Source of the DNA: Planctomycetota bacterium
Lineage (GTDB): Bacteria; Planctomycetota; UBA11346
Length of the DNA: 64,000 nucleotides
Direction of reading: 5' to 3'
NCBI GenBank assembly: GCA_038231435.1
Contig: JBBRLJ010000007.1
Span: 32,001 to 96,000 of the forward strand
Below, piece by piece: positions 8,398 through 18,450 of this stretch. Each line of letters opens with the position of its first letter. Positions within the stretch are counted from its first letter, which is position 1. Position numbers and translations under genes: made by a program. The notes under the pieces are model-generated. The model did not search any database. It saw only the letters and a program-made list of their open reading frames with translations, and was not told the DNA's origin.

Positions 8398-11300
8398 TCA
8401 AGGGTGAGACGTTCCGTGCTCGATGCGCCAGACTGCGATCTTCTTGCAGAAAGAGTCCAAGGCCGTCACCTCGAGCGCTTGCCGATACAGCGCGGTCGCC
8501 GTGTCGTGGTCGCCCGCGAGATCGGCGCGGACCGCGTGCGGAAACGTCAGCAACGCCGACGAAGATGGATGCTTGCATGCGAGATACGCGGCATCGTCCA
8601 TCAGTCCGGAAACCAGCGCCGCCTCCTGCCAGATGGTCTGCCCCGCCATCTGCCGGTGATCGAGCGCTGGCTTGAACTCGGCGGGCAGATCCTGCACGAC
8701 GCCAGGCCGCACCCGCAGCAGGATCGGGATGAAGGTCCGGTAGCACATCCGCTCGTATTCATCGAAGTGGTCGGGTAGCGCCTGGAGTCGATGGACGAGG
8801 TCCACGCCGCGCGGGTCATCGACAGTCAGCATGGCGAGGGCGGTTTTCCAGGCACAGGTTTCGCGGATGTCCTTGGGCTCATGCAGGGTCGCTTCCAAGG
8901 CATCGTCCAGACGGCCGAGGGCGATGAGCGCTTCGACCTTCACGTGTGGTTGCTCGATCTGCGGTACCGCCAGAGCTTCGGCCGGACGCCCGAGCGTGAG
9001 CAGCGCGCGCGCTCTCCAGCCGAGCTCGTCCGGGTAATCGGACAGGACGATGTCGTCGCGTTTGGAATACGCGTAGGCGCGCGCCTGGAGTGAACTGTCA
9101 TCGGGAAATGCCACGCGGGCCTGCTCCGGCTGTCCGAGCTGGATGTAGGCGTCGGTGGCGTCGTTCCGGTTGGTCGCGGCCGTGAGCGCCTCGGTGAATC
9201 GCCCGCTGCGCATCAGGATATTGAAGCGCACCTCGCGCCGATCTCCATACAGCCGCTCACACACATCGATCCGGCCCATGTCGAGCAGGGCTTCGGCATG
9301 GCGAACCGCATCGTCGTGGTACAGCCTGCAGATCAGCTCGAGATTCCCCGCGCTCCTGAGGATCGCGCAGGCGCGCTCGCTGAATGGCTGGCGGACATAG
9401 TCCACGCCATGCTTGGCGCACCACTGGCGCAGCTCAGCCTCGGTCGCGATGATCTGCTCGACGGCATCCGCGGGCACTCCGTCGACGCCGAGAAAGTCGG
9501 CTGGGGCTTGCAGGCGTTTGAGGCGGAGGGTGGCGATCTCTTGGAAGAGCAGCTTCAACGCGGGGTGCGTGGAGAACGGCACGAGGAGATCGTCCGCGAT
9601 TTGCGCCTCCTGCTCGTCGCCGTTCTCGATCGCCAGGCGTTCGCGGGCGCGGAGGGCCAATGGCGCGCATTCGGCGTGCGGGAACTCCTCGGTGACCCGC
9701 CGCAGCACCGCTCGCCCCGTCTCGACCGTGCCGTTGGCGACGTGGCTCATCGCCAAGCGGTAGAGCGCCTGGGGCTCGAGTGGGGTTCCGGCATAGGAGT
9801 CGGCGATCTCGGCGAAGATCTGCGCGGCGTTGGCGTAGTCCCCGAACTGGTACAGCTGATTGCCGACCGCCAGAGGCGAGATGCGTTCGGGGAGCGGCCG
9901 ATGCCAGACCTCGATGTTCGCCAAGGCGTGTTCACTACCAACACAGCAATCGAAGCCGAATCCCTGGCCAGACGGCGTCAGCAGATCGTCGACCTCGATG
10001 TGTTCGAAAATCTGTCTGCCGTCGATGCTCAGGCGGATGCGGTCGGCTTCGCGTTCCATGACGAAGTGCAGGGTCCTGCCGACCACGATCAGCCCCGGCT
10101 CGTCGTGCTCGGCGAGCTTGGTGACGTCCTTGCCGCGCGTGAGCACGACGCGTGAAGGGCTTCCCCAGCCGCCGATATGGAAGGTATATCCAGTCAGCCG
10201 CTCGTCGGCATCGAGGAAGCAGTTGAGATTCTGCGCCTTGCGCAAGGGGGTGTAGTCCCAAGAGACCCGGACGTCTCCACGCAGGCGCTGCCGGAAAGCG
10301 AGATCGAAAAGAGTTTCATCCGACGAGGCGATGAGCCTTCCCGAATCGAGCCGCCAATGTCCGGAAGTAGTCGGCGTTATCTCGTGGAAGGTCTCTTCCG
10401 ACCAGCCCTTGGTGAGGCCCTTCCAATCGCGATCCACGGCCGATGGATCGCCGCCAGCGAACGCATCGCGGTAGACCAGGTGCCAGTCCGAGCGCTCCTT
10501 GATCTTCTCGTGGCGATAGGCCGCTCCGAGAGCGGTGATCAGCGCGAGCGACACGATCATGAGGTTGATGGTGAGGCGGTGTTTCCGGTACCAGCGGGCG
10601 AGGATGTGCCACAGCGGATCGCGGTGGACGCTCACGGCGAGTCCGGCCTGGTAGCGCTCGAGATCAGCGACCAAGGCCGCGGCAGATGGATAGCGGGCGG
10701 CAGGAGAGGAGGCGAGCGCCTTGAGGGCGATCGCTGCCAAGGCCAGGGGAACCGACGAACGCTCATAGTCGGTGAGCGGGATGATGATGCCCTTGCGCTT
10801 CAATTTCCAGAATTCGTCCTGATCGTCCGACCAGATCGGCAGGCGCAGGGTCAGCGCATGGAACAACGTCGCGCCCAGGCAGTACACGTCGCTGACCGGC
10901 GTCGCGGTTTCGCCGCGCGCCTGCTCCGGGCTCATGTACAGCGGAGTCCCGTAGAGCTTGGCGCTGGTTGAGGGCCAGCGCGATGCGCTGCCCCAATCGA
11001 GCAGGAGCGCCTCGCCGAAATCCCCAAGCAGGATGTTGTCCGGCTTGATGTCCTGGTGGATGATGCCGCGATGGTTCGCGTAGGCGACGGCCTGGCCGAT
11101 GGCGATGATCGCGCTGACGATCTGGTTCGGCGTGCGGATCTTGTCGTCGCGATCGACCGGACTCGATAGGGCGATCGCCGAGCCGAGGGTGCGGCCGACG
11201 ACCTGGGGCATGGCGAAGTACGGATGACCTTGTGCCGTGACATCGATCTCATGGATGGGCAGTACATTCGGATGCGTCAGGCTCGCGGTGATGCGTGCTT

Positions 11301-11622
11301 CTTCGACGAAGGATCCGACGTCGTCCGTGTTGGCGCTGGCCTCGGCCGACATCACCTTGACCACCAGTCCCCGGTCGAGATCCGAATCATGAACCTCGAG
11401 GACCCGGCCGGTGGCTCCGGCGCCGAGCATCCCCTGGATCGTGAACCTCAGGCCATCGCCACCCTGGCTCCACGGAATGCCGGCGTTGGCGAGTCGTTGC
11501 TCGAGCCGAGTCTCAATGAACAGCGCCGCATGCTCGTTCGCCGTGGGAGGAGCATGGTCAATCGCGGTGGCGGCGCGCGCGTGTTCGCCCGAGCCCGCGG
11601 GCAGGAATTCCTGCGCGGACAT
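8398..11622 (-). CDS. Membrane Ser/Thr protein kinase (Hanks type): kinase - TM - ConA/LamG-like domain - TPR-like repeats
   Basis: LGAGATGRV, VVKVM, HQDIKPDN, DWG, YGTPLYMSPEQ, SDVYCLG; TM LTINLMIVSLALITALGAAY; TPR-like GNQLYQFGDYANAAQIF...ALYRLA. Start uncertain (11622 or further upstream). Confidence 0.9.
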   Translation of the reverse strand: MSAQEFLPAGSGEHARAATAIDHAPPTANEHAALFIETRLEQRLANAGIPWSQGGDGLRFTIQGMLGAGATGRVLEVHDSDLDRGLVVKVMSAEASANTDDVGSFVEEARITASLTHPNVLPIHEIDVTAQGHPYFAMPQVVGRTLGSAIALSSPVDRDDKIRTPNQIVSAIIAIGQAVAYANHRGIIHQDIKPDNILLGDFGEALLLDWGSASRWPSTSAKLYGTPLYMSPEQARGETATPVSDVYCLGATLFHALTLRLPIWSDDQDEFWKLKRKGIIIPLTDYERSSVPLALAAIALKALASSPAARYPSAAALVADLERYQAGLAVSVHRDPLWHILARWYRKHRLTINLMIVSLALITALGAAYRHEKIKERSDWHLVYRDAFAGGDPSAVDRDWKGLTKGWSEETFHEITPTTSGHWRLDSGRLIASSDETLFDLAFRQRLRGDVRVSWDYTPLRKAQNLNCFLDADERLTGYTFHIGGWGSPSRVVLTRGKDVTKLAEHDEPGLIVVGRTLHFVMEREADRIRLSIDGRQIFEHIEVDDLLTPSGQGFGFDCCVGSEHALANIEVWHRPLPERISPLAVGNQLYQFGDYANAAQIFAEIADSYAGTPLEPQALYRLAMSHVANGTVETGRAVLRRVTEEFPHAECAPLALRARERLAIENGDEQEAQIADDLLVPFSTHPALKLLFQEIATLRLKRLQAPADFLGVDGVPADAVEQIIATEAELRQWCAKHGVDYVRQPFSERACAILRSAGNLELICRLYHDDAVRHAEALLDMGRIDVCERLYGDRREVRFNILMRSGRFTEALTAATNRNDATDAYIQLGQPEQARVAFPDDSSLQARAYAYSKRDDIVLSDYPDELGWRARALLTLGRPAEALAVPQIEQPHVKVEALIALGRLDDALEATLHEPKDIRETCAWKTALAMLTVDDPRGVDLVHRLQALPDHFDEYERMCYRTFIPILLRVRPGVVQDLPAEFKPALDHRQMAGQTIWQEAALVSGLMDDAAYLACKHPSSSALLTFPHAVRADLAGDHDTATALYRQALEVTALDSFCKKIAVWRIEHGTSHP

Positions 11623-11887
11623 GGTTCTGCCGAGCCTCGCCTTGGCATCCTCTGGATCCCCAGCGGGTGTTCGTGGAATCGACACCATCCGAGTAGGATA
11701 CCATACGTAGGGCAGTACCGCATCGGTGCATGCCACCCAGCCTTTGCAGGGGATTTTACCCACGCCGTCTCGCCACCGTCGCGATCACTCGGGCGGAGCG
11801 GCCTGATCCCAGCATCGCTGGGGCACGATCCGTGCCAGTTGGTGATCAGCGCGAGGATGCGTCAGGATCAGCCATATCCGATCAGCG

Positions 11888-12982
11888 CTATTCGATGAGC
11901 AGCGCCCGCACCCCATCCGCGGCCTCCCAGGCCACGACCACGGCTCCGTCGCCCCCGGGCACCGCGGCGATGGTCGGGTACGAGCCCTTGCCGATGCTGG
12001 CGGCGGCCTGATTCCCACGCTTCATCTGGATGTCGTCGCCGGCCTGCCAGACGCGCACCACCGCCTTGCCGGCGATCGCGACCGCGGAGTTCTTCCCCGC
12101 GCCTAGCTGCGCTTCCTTGGTCGGTTCATCCAGCGAGGTCATGAACACCGTGCCCTCGCGCCGCCATGCGGTCTCGATGCGGTGATCGGAGACCGAGATG
12201 CCTCCGCCATCCATCGGGCAGGCATTCAGCTGCCAGGTACCGCTGCCCAGCTTCATCGGCGCGGCCATGGTCTTGACCTCGTCGGTCGAGGAGCGGACAT
12301 ACATGTCGCGCGCTCCACCGATCAGATTGCGCCACATGAACGCCACATCGCCGCCAGCGTCGGCCGCCACCATGGGCTGGCAGCATTCGCATACGGTGCC
12401 ATCCGGAGAGCGGTAGACGAGAACGTTGGGCGACCACTTCTTGCCGCCGTCGCTGGTGCGCGAGGCGTAGATCTGCGCCTTGGTGTCGCGCAGGTCGAGC
12501 CACGTCGCCCACGCGGATCCACGGGTTCCGGCAGCCAGCGAGAACAGCCCTTCGCGCGCCACCCGCGGCTTGTCGTTGATGGTGATCGCGCCCGCCCAGG
12601 TCTTGCCCGCGTCGCCGGAATACCACGAGAGGATGTCGCCCGTGGCGCCGATGCCCGCCGCGACCAGCACGCCGTCTCCGGCGGCCAGCTGCGGGCCGCG
12701 CCGCATGCCGAGCATGAGCCCGGTGACTTTGCCGATCTCGACCGCCGGGCCGTAGGTCGCGCCGCCGTCGTGCGATGAGCGGATCTTCAATGATGGTCCC
12801 ACGCCATAGAGGACGTGCACGGTCTTGTCGGCGCCGATCGCCACCCGGGGCTGCTTGCCGGCCGCGTCGATGACGACCGGCTCGGCGCCGCGCGCGCTGG
12901 CGGTTACGCAGGCGAAGAGCGCGGCCACGAGCATCGTCCGCCAGGCACAGGCGGAGGTCATCGTATCGATCGAGGTAGGCAT
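11888..12982 (-). CDS. Secreted BNR/sialidase-like beta-propeller protein with CECC and CPMDGG motifs
   Basis: Asp-boxes SHDGGATY, SGDAGKTW, TSDGGKKW; signal peptide; GGAGG 9 nt upstream of the ATG at 12982. Confidence 0.8.
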   Translation of the reverse strand: MPTSIDTMTSACAWRTMLVAALFACVTASARGAEPVVIDAAGKQPRVAIGADKTVHVLYGVGPSLKIRSSHDGGATYGPAVEIGKVTGLMLGMRRGPQLAAGDGVLVAAGIGATGDILSWYSGDAGKTWAGAITINDKPRVAREGLFSLAAGTRGSAWATWLDLRDTKAQIYASRTSDGGKKWSPNVLVYRSPDGTVCECCQPMVAADAGGDVAFMWRNLIGGARDMYVRSSTDEVKTMAAPMKLGSGTWQLNACPMDGGGISVSDHRIETAWRREGTVFMTSLDEPTKEAQLGAGKNSAVAIAGKAVVRVWQAGDDIQMKRGNQAAASIGKGSYPTIAAVPGGDGAVVVAWEAADGVRALLIE

Positions 12983-13060
12983 CGTGGACATCCTCCATGC
13001 TAGAGACGTGGGAATCCGCTGGACGAGGCTATCGGGTTCCGCCGCCATGCGAAGCGCGCA

Positions 13061-14776
13061 TCACGCTGAACGCTTGCAAGGGATCGTCATGATCGTCAGC
13101 GAAGCGGGCGGCAGCACCACGTGGATCCGACCCTGGTCCGATGCGACCTGATCGTGCTCCACCATCGCGACTTCACCACCTTCACCACCTTCACCACCTT
13201 CACCACCTTCACCACCTTCACCACCTTCACCACCACCGCCGCCAGCCAGCAGGCGCTGCAGCGATGCGGTGGCGGACAGCGTGGTGACCGCCGCCGCGTC
13301 GATGAACAGGGAAACGGATCGATGCGGATCGTTGTTCACCACATGCAGGAAGACATGGCGATCGTCCTGGGACGCGACGGCGTCGACCGTGGTGATGCGG
13401 CTCGGCTGGCTCCACCCGAGAGCGATCGGCTGCTCGACGATCGGCGCTCCCGCGATCTCGGCATCGAGCCGCCACGCGCCGTGGGTTCGCGCGTAGAGGC
13501 TGGTGACCATCCCGGTCGGTGACCGGATCGGTACCGCGGCTCCATCGGCGACATGGATGGCCGAGATGCCCCAGGTCGTGCCGATGAGCATGGACTGCGT
13601 CCCCATGCGCACATCCCCGCCCTGGCGGATCAGGCCATTGAGGAACGCCGCGGCGGCGAGGCCGGCCGCGAGGCGGTGCTCGCCCGGGTGGCTGGGGAGC
13701 CGGTGGAAGCCGTAGCCGTTCCAGTTCCATTCCGTGCAGGCCAGACGGTAGCCCAACGCGCTCAGGTCGGTGACGGCAGGGCCCAGGCCCTGGCAGCGGC
13801 CGAAGTCGTCGCGTTTGCCGAGCGCGCCGATCCACGCCCACCACCAGTCGTCCGCCGACAATTCCGCGGGAGGGAGCGTCGCGCCCGAGCGGGCGATGCG
13901 GTCGACTGGTCCGGGCCCGTAGATGTGCAGCGCGAGGAAGGCGACTTCTCGCCGCAGGAGGTCGTCGTCGTAGAGGCTGCGGTCGACCAGCGGACCAGGA
14001 TCGCCATCGATGATGATGCCGATGTCGGGGTCCACGGCCCTGATCGCCGCGATGAAGGCGTGGATGCACTCGCGGTACCAGTTGGCCATGGCGCGCGGCG
14101 ACAGCGGCCCCACTGCCGCTACCACCGCCTTCGGGAATTCGCCGCACCACCATTCGTTCCCCAATTGGATGAACTCGACGCCGAACGGCCGCGGATGTCC
14201 ATTCGCCGCGCGTACGGCGGCCCAGTCAGGCATGCCCGGAGAGGGCGCCTGGCCCAGTGGGGAATTGGCATAGGCGACCATGCCCGCAGCGAGCCGCGCG
14301 GCTTCATCCAGCGGTCGACGCTTGGCCAGCGCGTCCAGCAGATTCACCACCAGGATGGTCTGATTTCCGAGCCGGTCGCGCAGCGCGAAGTACTCGTCGA
14401 TGCCGAAACGGGTGCCGATGGCCTTGCCGGTATGGCCGGTCAGGGTCGGCGGGCGGGGTCCAGGAGAGACGGCACCGTCGACCAGGCTCCGCCAATCGGT
14501 GTAATCGATGTCGGTACCGCCTGGAAAGCGGATCAGCGGGATGTCCATCGCTCGAGTGATGGCGACGACATCTTCGCGCAGCGCGCCTGTCGCTGGATCG
14601 AGCGCGCCCTCGGGGCCGGGCTCCCCGAAGCTCGCGCGCTCGAGGAACTGGCCGAACAGCCGGGGGTCGATGGGGTTCCGCCGCGTCGAGCCGATCGTCA
14701 TGCTCACCTGCAGCGGATTGGCGCCGGGGGAGCCTGCCGCCTGATCCAAGGCCGGTTTCAGTGTCGAATCCATCAT
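13061..14776 (-). CDS. GH51-like alpha-L-arabinofuranosidase
   Basis: IDPRLFGQFLE, RFPGG, FGIDEY, LGNE (acid/base), TEWN (nucleophile), C-terminal LPPASLTIM; ATGA overlap with the upstream stop at 14773-14776. Confidence 0.8.
   Translation of the reverse strand: MMDSTLKPALDQAAGSPGANPLQVSMTIGSTRRNPIDPRLFGQFLERASFGEPGPEGALDPATGALREDVVAITRAMDIPLIRFPGGTDIDYTDWRSLVDGAVSPGPRPPTLTGHTGKAIGTRFGIDEYFALRDRLGNQTILVVNLLDALAKRRPLDEAARLAAGMVAYANSPLGQAPSPGMPDWAAVRAANGHPRPFGVEFIQLGNEWWCGEFPKAVVAAVGPLSPRAMANWYRECIHAFIAAIRAVDPDIGIIIDGDPGPLVDRSLYDDDLLRREVAFLALHIYGPGPVDRIARSGATLPPAELSADDWWWAWIGALGKRDDFGRCQGLGPAVTDLSALGYRLACTEWNWNGYGFHRLPSHPGEHRLAAGLAAAAFLNGLIRQGGDVRMGTQSMLIGTTWGISAIHVADGAAVPIRSPTGMVTSLYARTHGAWRLDAEIAGAPIVEQPIALGWSQPSRITTVDAVASQDDRHVFLHVVNNDPHRSVSLFIDAAAVTTLSATASLQRLLAGGGGGEGGEGGEGGEGGEGGEGGEVAMVEHDQVASDQGRIHVVLPPASLTIMTIPCKRSA
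13171..13233. repeat. In-frame 9-bp tandem repeat (CTTCACCAC)x7 encoding (GGE)7
   Basis: Seven perfect copies read directly from the sequence. Confidence 0.95.
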
Positions 14777-17337
14777 GTGCTGGTCTCCAATTGCCCCGCG
14801 AGCTGTCTGCGCCTCGTCCGCGCAGTGAACGCCAAGGTGCATGCCACTGCCAGCCCAGCGCCGAAGCCGCACCGCCCTGTTCCCGCCGTGGGCGGCGCCG
14901 CCGAGCTCGAGGAGGATGACGAGTTCACGAAGACCAGGAAGCTCCGACTCGTGGTCGCCGAGCCATCGGATACGGTCACGGTGATGATCGCCGACCCGCT
15001 CTGTCCCGTGGCCGGAGTAACCGTGACGCTTCGATTAGCGCCGCTGCCGCCGAAGACGATATTGGCGAGCGGCACCAGCGCGGTGTCGCTCGATGACGCG
15101 GATACCACCAGTGCCGTGGCAGTGGATTCCGCATCGCTGATGGTGAATGCGATGGCCGCGCTGGATCCATCGATCGGAAGGCTCTGATCAGCGATCGCGT
15201 CCATGACCGGCGCATCGTTCACCGCGTTGACGGTCAGGGCGAAGGAGGACGAGGCGGTCGCGCCGCTGCCATCGGTCACCGTGATCGTGATGAGCGTGGA
15301 CCCATTCTGGTTCGCGCCAGGAGTGATGGTGACCGAACGGTTCGTGCCGCTGCCAGAGAAGACGATGCCCCCCGAGGGGGCCAGCGAGGAATTCGCCGAC
15401 GAGGCCGACAGCGACAGCGAGCCGGCAGCGGTCTCCGCATCGCCGATCGTGAACGGGATCGCCGATGTCGGTGTGTCCTCGGCGGTGACCTGGCTGGACA
15501 TTCCGCCGATCGTCGGAGGCGTATTCGCTCCCGGCTGCACGGTCACCACCAGGTCATCGGTTGTCGACAGGGCGCCATCGCTGGCGGTGAGCCTGATCAC
15601 GTACGTTCCACCCACGGAGAAGCTCGCGGCGCTGTCGAGGTAGCTCGCCGACGAGAATGCCACCACGCCCGGCCCCGACACCTTGCTCCATGCGGTGGTC
15701 AGCGTGTCGCTGGGCAGTCCGTCATCGGTGCTGACGCCATGCAGGACCGCGGGCGATCCCGCGGGTACCGTCTGATCCTCGCCCGCGTAGACGGTCGGAG
15801 CCCGGTTGGCAGGAGAAGAGCTGAACGGCACCGCAATCGAGGTCACGCTGAGCGCGGGCAGCGTCAGGTTCATGGACGTGCTGCCGGCAGGAACCGTCCA
15901 CGAGGACAGTGGCTGCCAGTAGGCGGCGCTGGTGGAGCGCTCCCCAGCGCCGGTTCCACCGATCGCCGCACCGGCGAGGCTCACAGCCACGGTGCGCGCG
16001 GAGGCGTCGTTGTTGATCGCCACCAGCACCAGGCGACCCGTCGCGCGATCACGGAAGGCGGTGGTCTGGATGAGGGCATCTCCGCTGGTGCACGCCAGCC
16101 GACGCGAACGCGGCGCGATCCAGCGGGCGTAGTGGCCGATGGCGTAGCCGGTGTAGGTGATGAAGACCTCGTCGGAATTCTGATCGGTCAGCACCGGGGC
16201 TTCCGCCTCGCCGTAGAAGATCAACGACGGGTTGTGCAATTGCGTCGAGGTGCGGCTCCAGCTGCTGTTCATGCCGAACCATGCCGAGGCGTTGGCGTAG
16301 ACGAACTCGTCGTGGATGTGGATGGCGCGCGCGCGCAGGCCGTTGAAGCCGGTCGCCGTCGAGTAGTCCACGGTCTGGCCGTAGTACCCTTGCGAGGCCT
16401 CGGTCATCCACACCTGGATGCCGTAGGGCGCGGCCAGATCGCGCAACTGGTTGCGCACGGTGACTCGGCTCGCGACCGGATTTCCAGTACCGGGGCCGGC
16501 GAGGATGCTGGCGACCTTGGAATAGTCCGAGCCGTACGGATACGGATGGAAGCCGATCGCGCCCATGTAGCTGCGCGCTTCCGGATCGGCGAGCACCTGC
16601 GTGGCGATGTTCAGCGAAGCGCTTTCGGTCTCCTCGTTCGGGTACACGAACTTCACGGTCTTGTAGCCGGCGTCGCGCAGCCGCTTGCCGCAGGTGCGCA
16701 CCAGGTCGGCCGCCCAGGTGGGCGGCATGGTCTGGAGCTCGGTGTTGCCGCTGAATCCTTCGTTGACGAGGTGGGCGAAGCGCGGTTCGGCACCGTAGGC
16801 GGTGGTCCACCAGCTGACCATCGCCAGGCTCTTTTCGGCGCACTCGTCGAGGATCGCCTGCTTGCGCGCCGAGGTGTACGGATTCAGCCAGGGGCTGGCG
16901 CTGGACGAGTTGAGGTTGATGGCGGGATAGATGCCGGACGCGGTCCCGGCGGGAGCCGCGTCGGAGATCTTCGCCTTGAAGTTCGTCGCTGTCCAGGTGT
17001 TGAAGCCCGCCCAATCGAGGGTGAACGGATCGGCGTTGTCGTTGGCGCGCGCGCCGAAGAAGTCGGACCCGGTGGACTGCGGCGCTTCGTAGAGCGGCAG
17101 CGACTGCCCCAGGCGGATCTTCACCTGGTTGAACTGCGCATCGAGCACCCGCGCGCGCTGCGACGGCGTCAGCACGTCCACGGGCGTGCTGCCGCTGAAA
17201 TACTCCATGCCCCAGGTCATGCCGAAACCTTCGATGATCTGCGCGGGCGAAGCCGCGTCGATGCTGATCGGGACATCCGCGGCACCGAGCACGGCGGGCA
17301 GGAGGAGCAGCGGAAGCCAGGTAGCCAGCGTGTTCAT
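14773..17337 (-). CDS. Secreted GH30-like glycoside hydrolase with PKD/Ig-like (cadherin-like) domains and a C-terminal Cys-containing anchor-like tail
   Basis: Signal peptide; QIIEGFG, LVNE (acid/base), VWMTE (nucleophile), YAIGHYARWIAP; NRAPTVYAGEDQ PKD-like domain; two NTPPTI/NDAPV Ig-like repeats; GGAGG SD. Confidence 0.8.
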   Translation of the reverse strand: MNTLATWLPLLLLPAVLGAADVPISIDAASPAQIIEGFGMTWGMEYFSGSTPVDVLTPSQRARVLDAQFNQVKIRLGQSLPLYEAPQSTGSDFFGARANDNADPFTLDWAGFNTWTATNFKAKISDAAPAGTASGIYPAINLNSSSASPWLNPYTSARKQAILDECAEKSLAMVSWWTTAYGAEPRFAHLVNEGFSGNTELQTMPPTWAADLVRTCGKRLRDAGYKTVKFVYPNEETESASLNIATQVLADPEARSYMGAIGFHPYPYGSDYSKVASILAGPGTGNPVASRVTVRNQLRDLAAPYGIQVWMTEASQGYYGQTVDYSTATGFNGLRARAIHIHDEFVYANASAWFGMNSSWSRTSTQLHNPSLIFYGEAEAPVLTDQNSDEVFITYTGYAIGHYARWIAPRSRRLACTSGDALIQTTAFRDRATGRLVLVAINNDASARTVAVSLAGAAIGGTGAGERSTSAAYWQPLSSWTVPAGSTSMNLTLPALSVTSIAVPFSSSPANRAPTVYAGEDQTVPAGSPAVLHGVSTDDGLPSDTLTTAWSKVSGPGVVAFSSASYLDSAASFSVGGTYVIRLTASDGALSTTDDLVVTVQPGANTPPTIGGMSSQVTAEDTPTSAIPFTIGDAETAAGSLSLSASSANSSLAPSGGIVFSGSGTNRSVTITPGANQNGSTLITITVTDGSGATASSSFALTVNAVNDAPVMDAIADQSLPIDGSSAAIAFTISDAESTATALVVSASSSDTALVPLANIVFGGSGANRSVTVTPATGQSGSAIITVTVSDGSATTSRSFLVFVNSSSSSSSAAPPTAGTGRCGFGAGLAVACTLAFTARTRRRQLAGQLETST

Positions 17338-17388
17338 GGCGCCTCCTCTGGCTCCATGATATGGTGATCGCAGTGCGATTGGCTAGCC

Positions 17389-17423
17389 TGACAGATGTCG
17401 ATCGGACATGGACGATCCTGATC
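17389..17423 (-). promoter_or_regulatory. Possible AraC-type direct-repeat binding site upstream of the GH30 operon
   Basis: GATC-N3-ATC-N3-CA repeated at 20-bp spacing on the minus strand, directly downstream of the AraC gene. Confidence 0.3.
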
Positions 17424-17443
17424 AGGGGCCGCGAGCAGCGGCC

Positions 17444-18340
17444 CTAGCGCAGGGTCCGGTTGCGGAACTCGCGAGGAGAGCAGCCGACCTCGCGTTTGAA
17501 GACGCGGCTGAAGTAGAGCGGGTCCTGGTATCCCAGCGATCTGCCGATGTCCTTGATGCTGGTGGGCTCGGACAACAGTCGCTCGCGCGCCAACGCCATC
17601 GCCCGGCGCGTCGCGTAGCTGCCCAGGCTGCATCCGACCTGCTGCCGAAACAGCCGCGCCAGGTGCTCGGGCTCGATGCCGAGGATCGAGGCGATCCCGG
17701 ACAGCGTCGCGCGACGCCCCGGGAAATGCTCGATCTGATCCAACGCGCGCGCGACATGGGTGCGCGCGGTCCTGATCGCGGGGGATGGCCGTCCGACGGT
17801 CATGTCGACGGCATCGCCCGCGATCGAGCGCAGCAGCAGCAGGAACCGACCCTCGGCGGCGATCGAGTCGCCTGGGTGGCGACCGCGTTGATCCGCCATC
17901 AACGCCAGGAACTGCTCCGTCAATCCGGCGGGCTTGCGGATCGTCCAGACGCGTGGAAGGCAGATCCGGCGATCGCGGCCCGCGGCGAAGGCATCGGCGC
18001 TCGATGCGCGCTCAGTCCACGAGCCCTCATCCATCCGGGTCACCCGCGCCCCGGGGAGACTGAAATGGCAATGGAAACAGGACAGATCGTCGGGGACGTC
18101 GCCGGTGATCCCGTAGCGCATCGGTGGGCCGGTGTAGAGCATCTGCCCGGCTGACACGACGATCGCGGTATCCTCGAACTCGATGCGCAGGTGTCCCCGG
18201 CTGACGAAATGAAGTTCGTGGTCCTTGCTCGCGCGTGAGTGCAGGCCGACATGTCCGCGCGCGCGCAGATGCAGCACGCGGCTCACCGTCGGCAGCTTGG
18301 CCTCCGGCGGCACTTCGAACATCGTGATCGTGCCTGCCAT
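17444..18340 (-). CDS. AraC-family regulator
   Basis: N-terminal cupin (DHELHFVSRG); C-terminal IKDIGRSLGYQDPLYFSRVFKREVGCSPREFR. Confidence 0.92.
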   Translation of the reverse strand: MAGTITMFEVPPEAKLPTVSRVLHLRARGHVGLHSRASKDHELHFVSRGHLRIEFEDTAIVVSAGQMLYTGPPMRYGITGDVPDDLSCFHCHFSLPGARVTRMDEGSWTERASSADAFAAGRDRRICLPRVWTIRKPAGLTEQFLALMADQRGRHPGDSIAAEGRFLLLLRSIAGDAVDMTVGRPSPAIRTARTHVARALDQIEHFPGRRATLSGIASILGIEPEHLARLFRQQVGCSLGSYATRRAMALARERLLSEPTSIKDIGRSLGYQDPLYFSRVFKREVGCSPREFRNRTLR

Positions 18341-18450
18341 CAGGGGCGACCGTATCCGATGCGATGCTGACGGCCAGCCCCGCTGATCATGCGACAGCCG
18401 TGCGGCTGCGCGTGTGGGGAATCACCGATCTCCGGCATGTGGGAATCCGG

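Noticed and set aside
13004..13019. Motif similar to 22805-22818 (AGACG..GGAWTCCGC) near two start codons, a possible shared ECF promoter
   Set aside because: Needs a gap to align and has no consistently spaced -35 element
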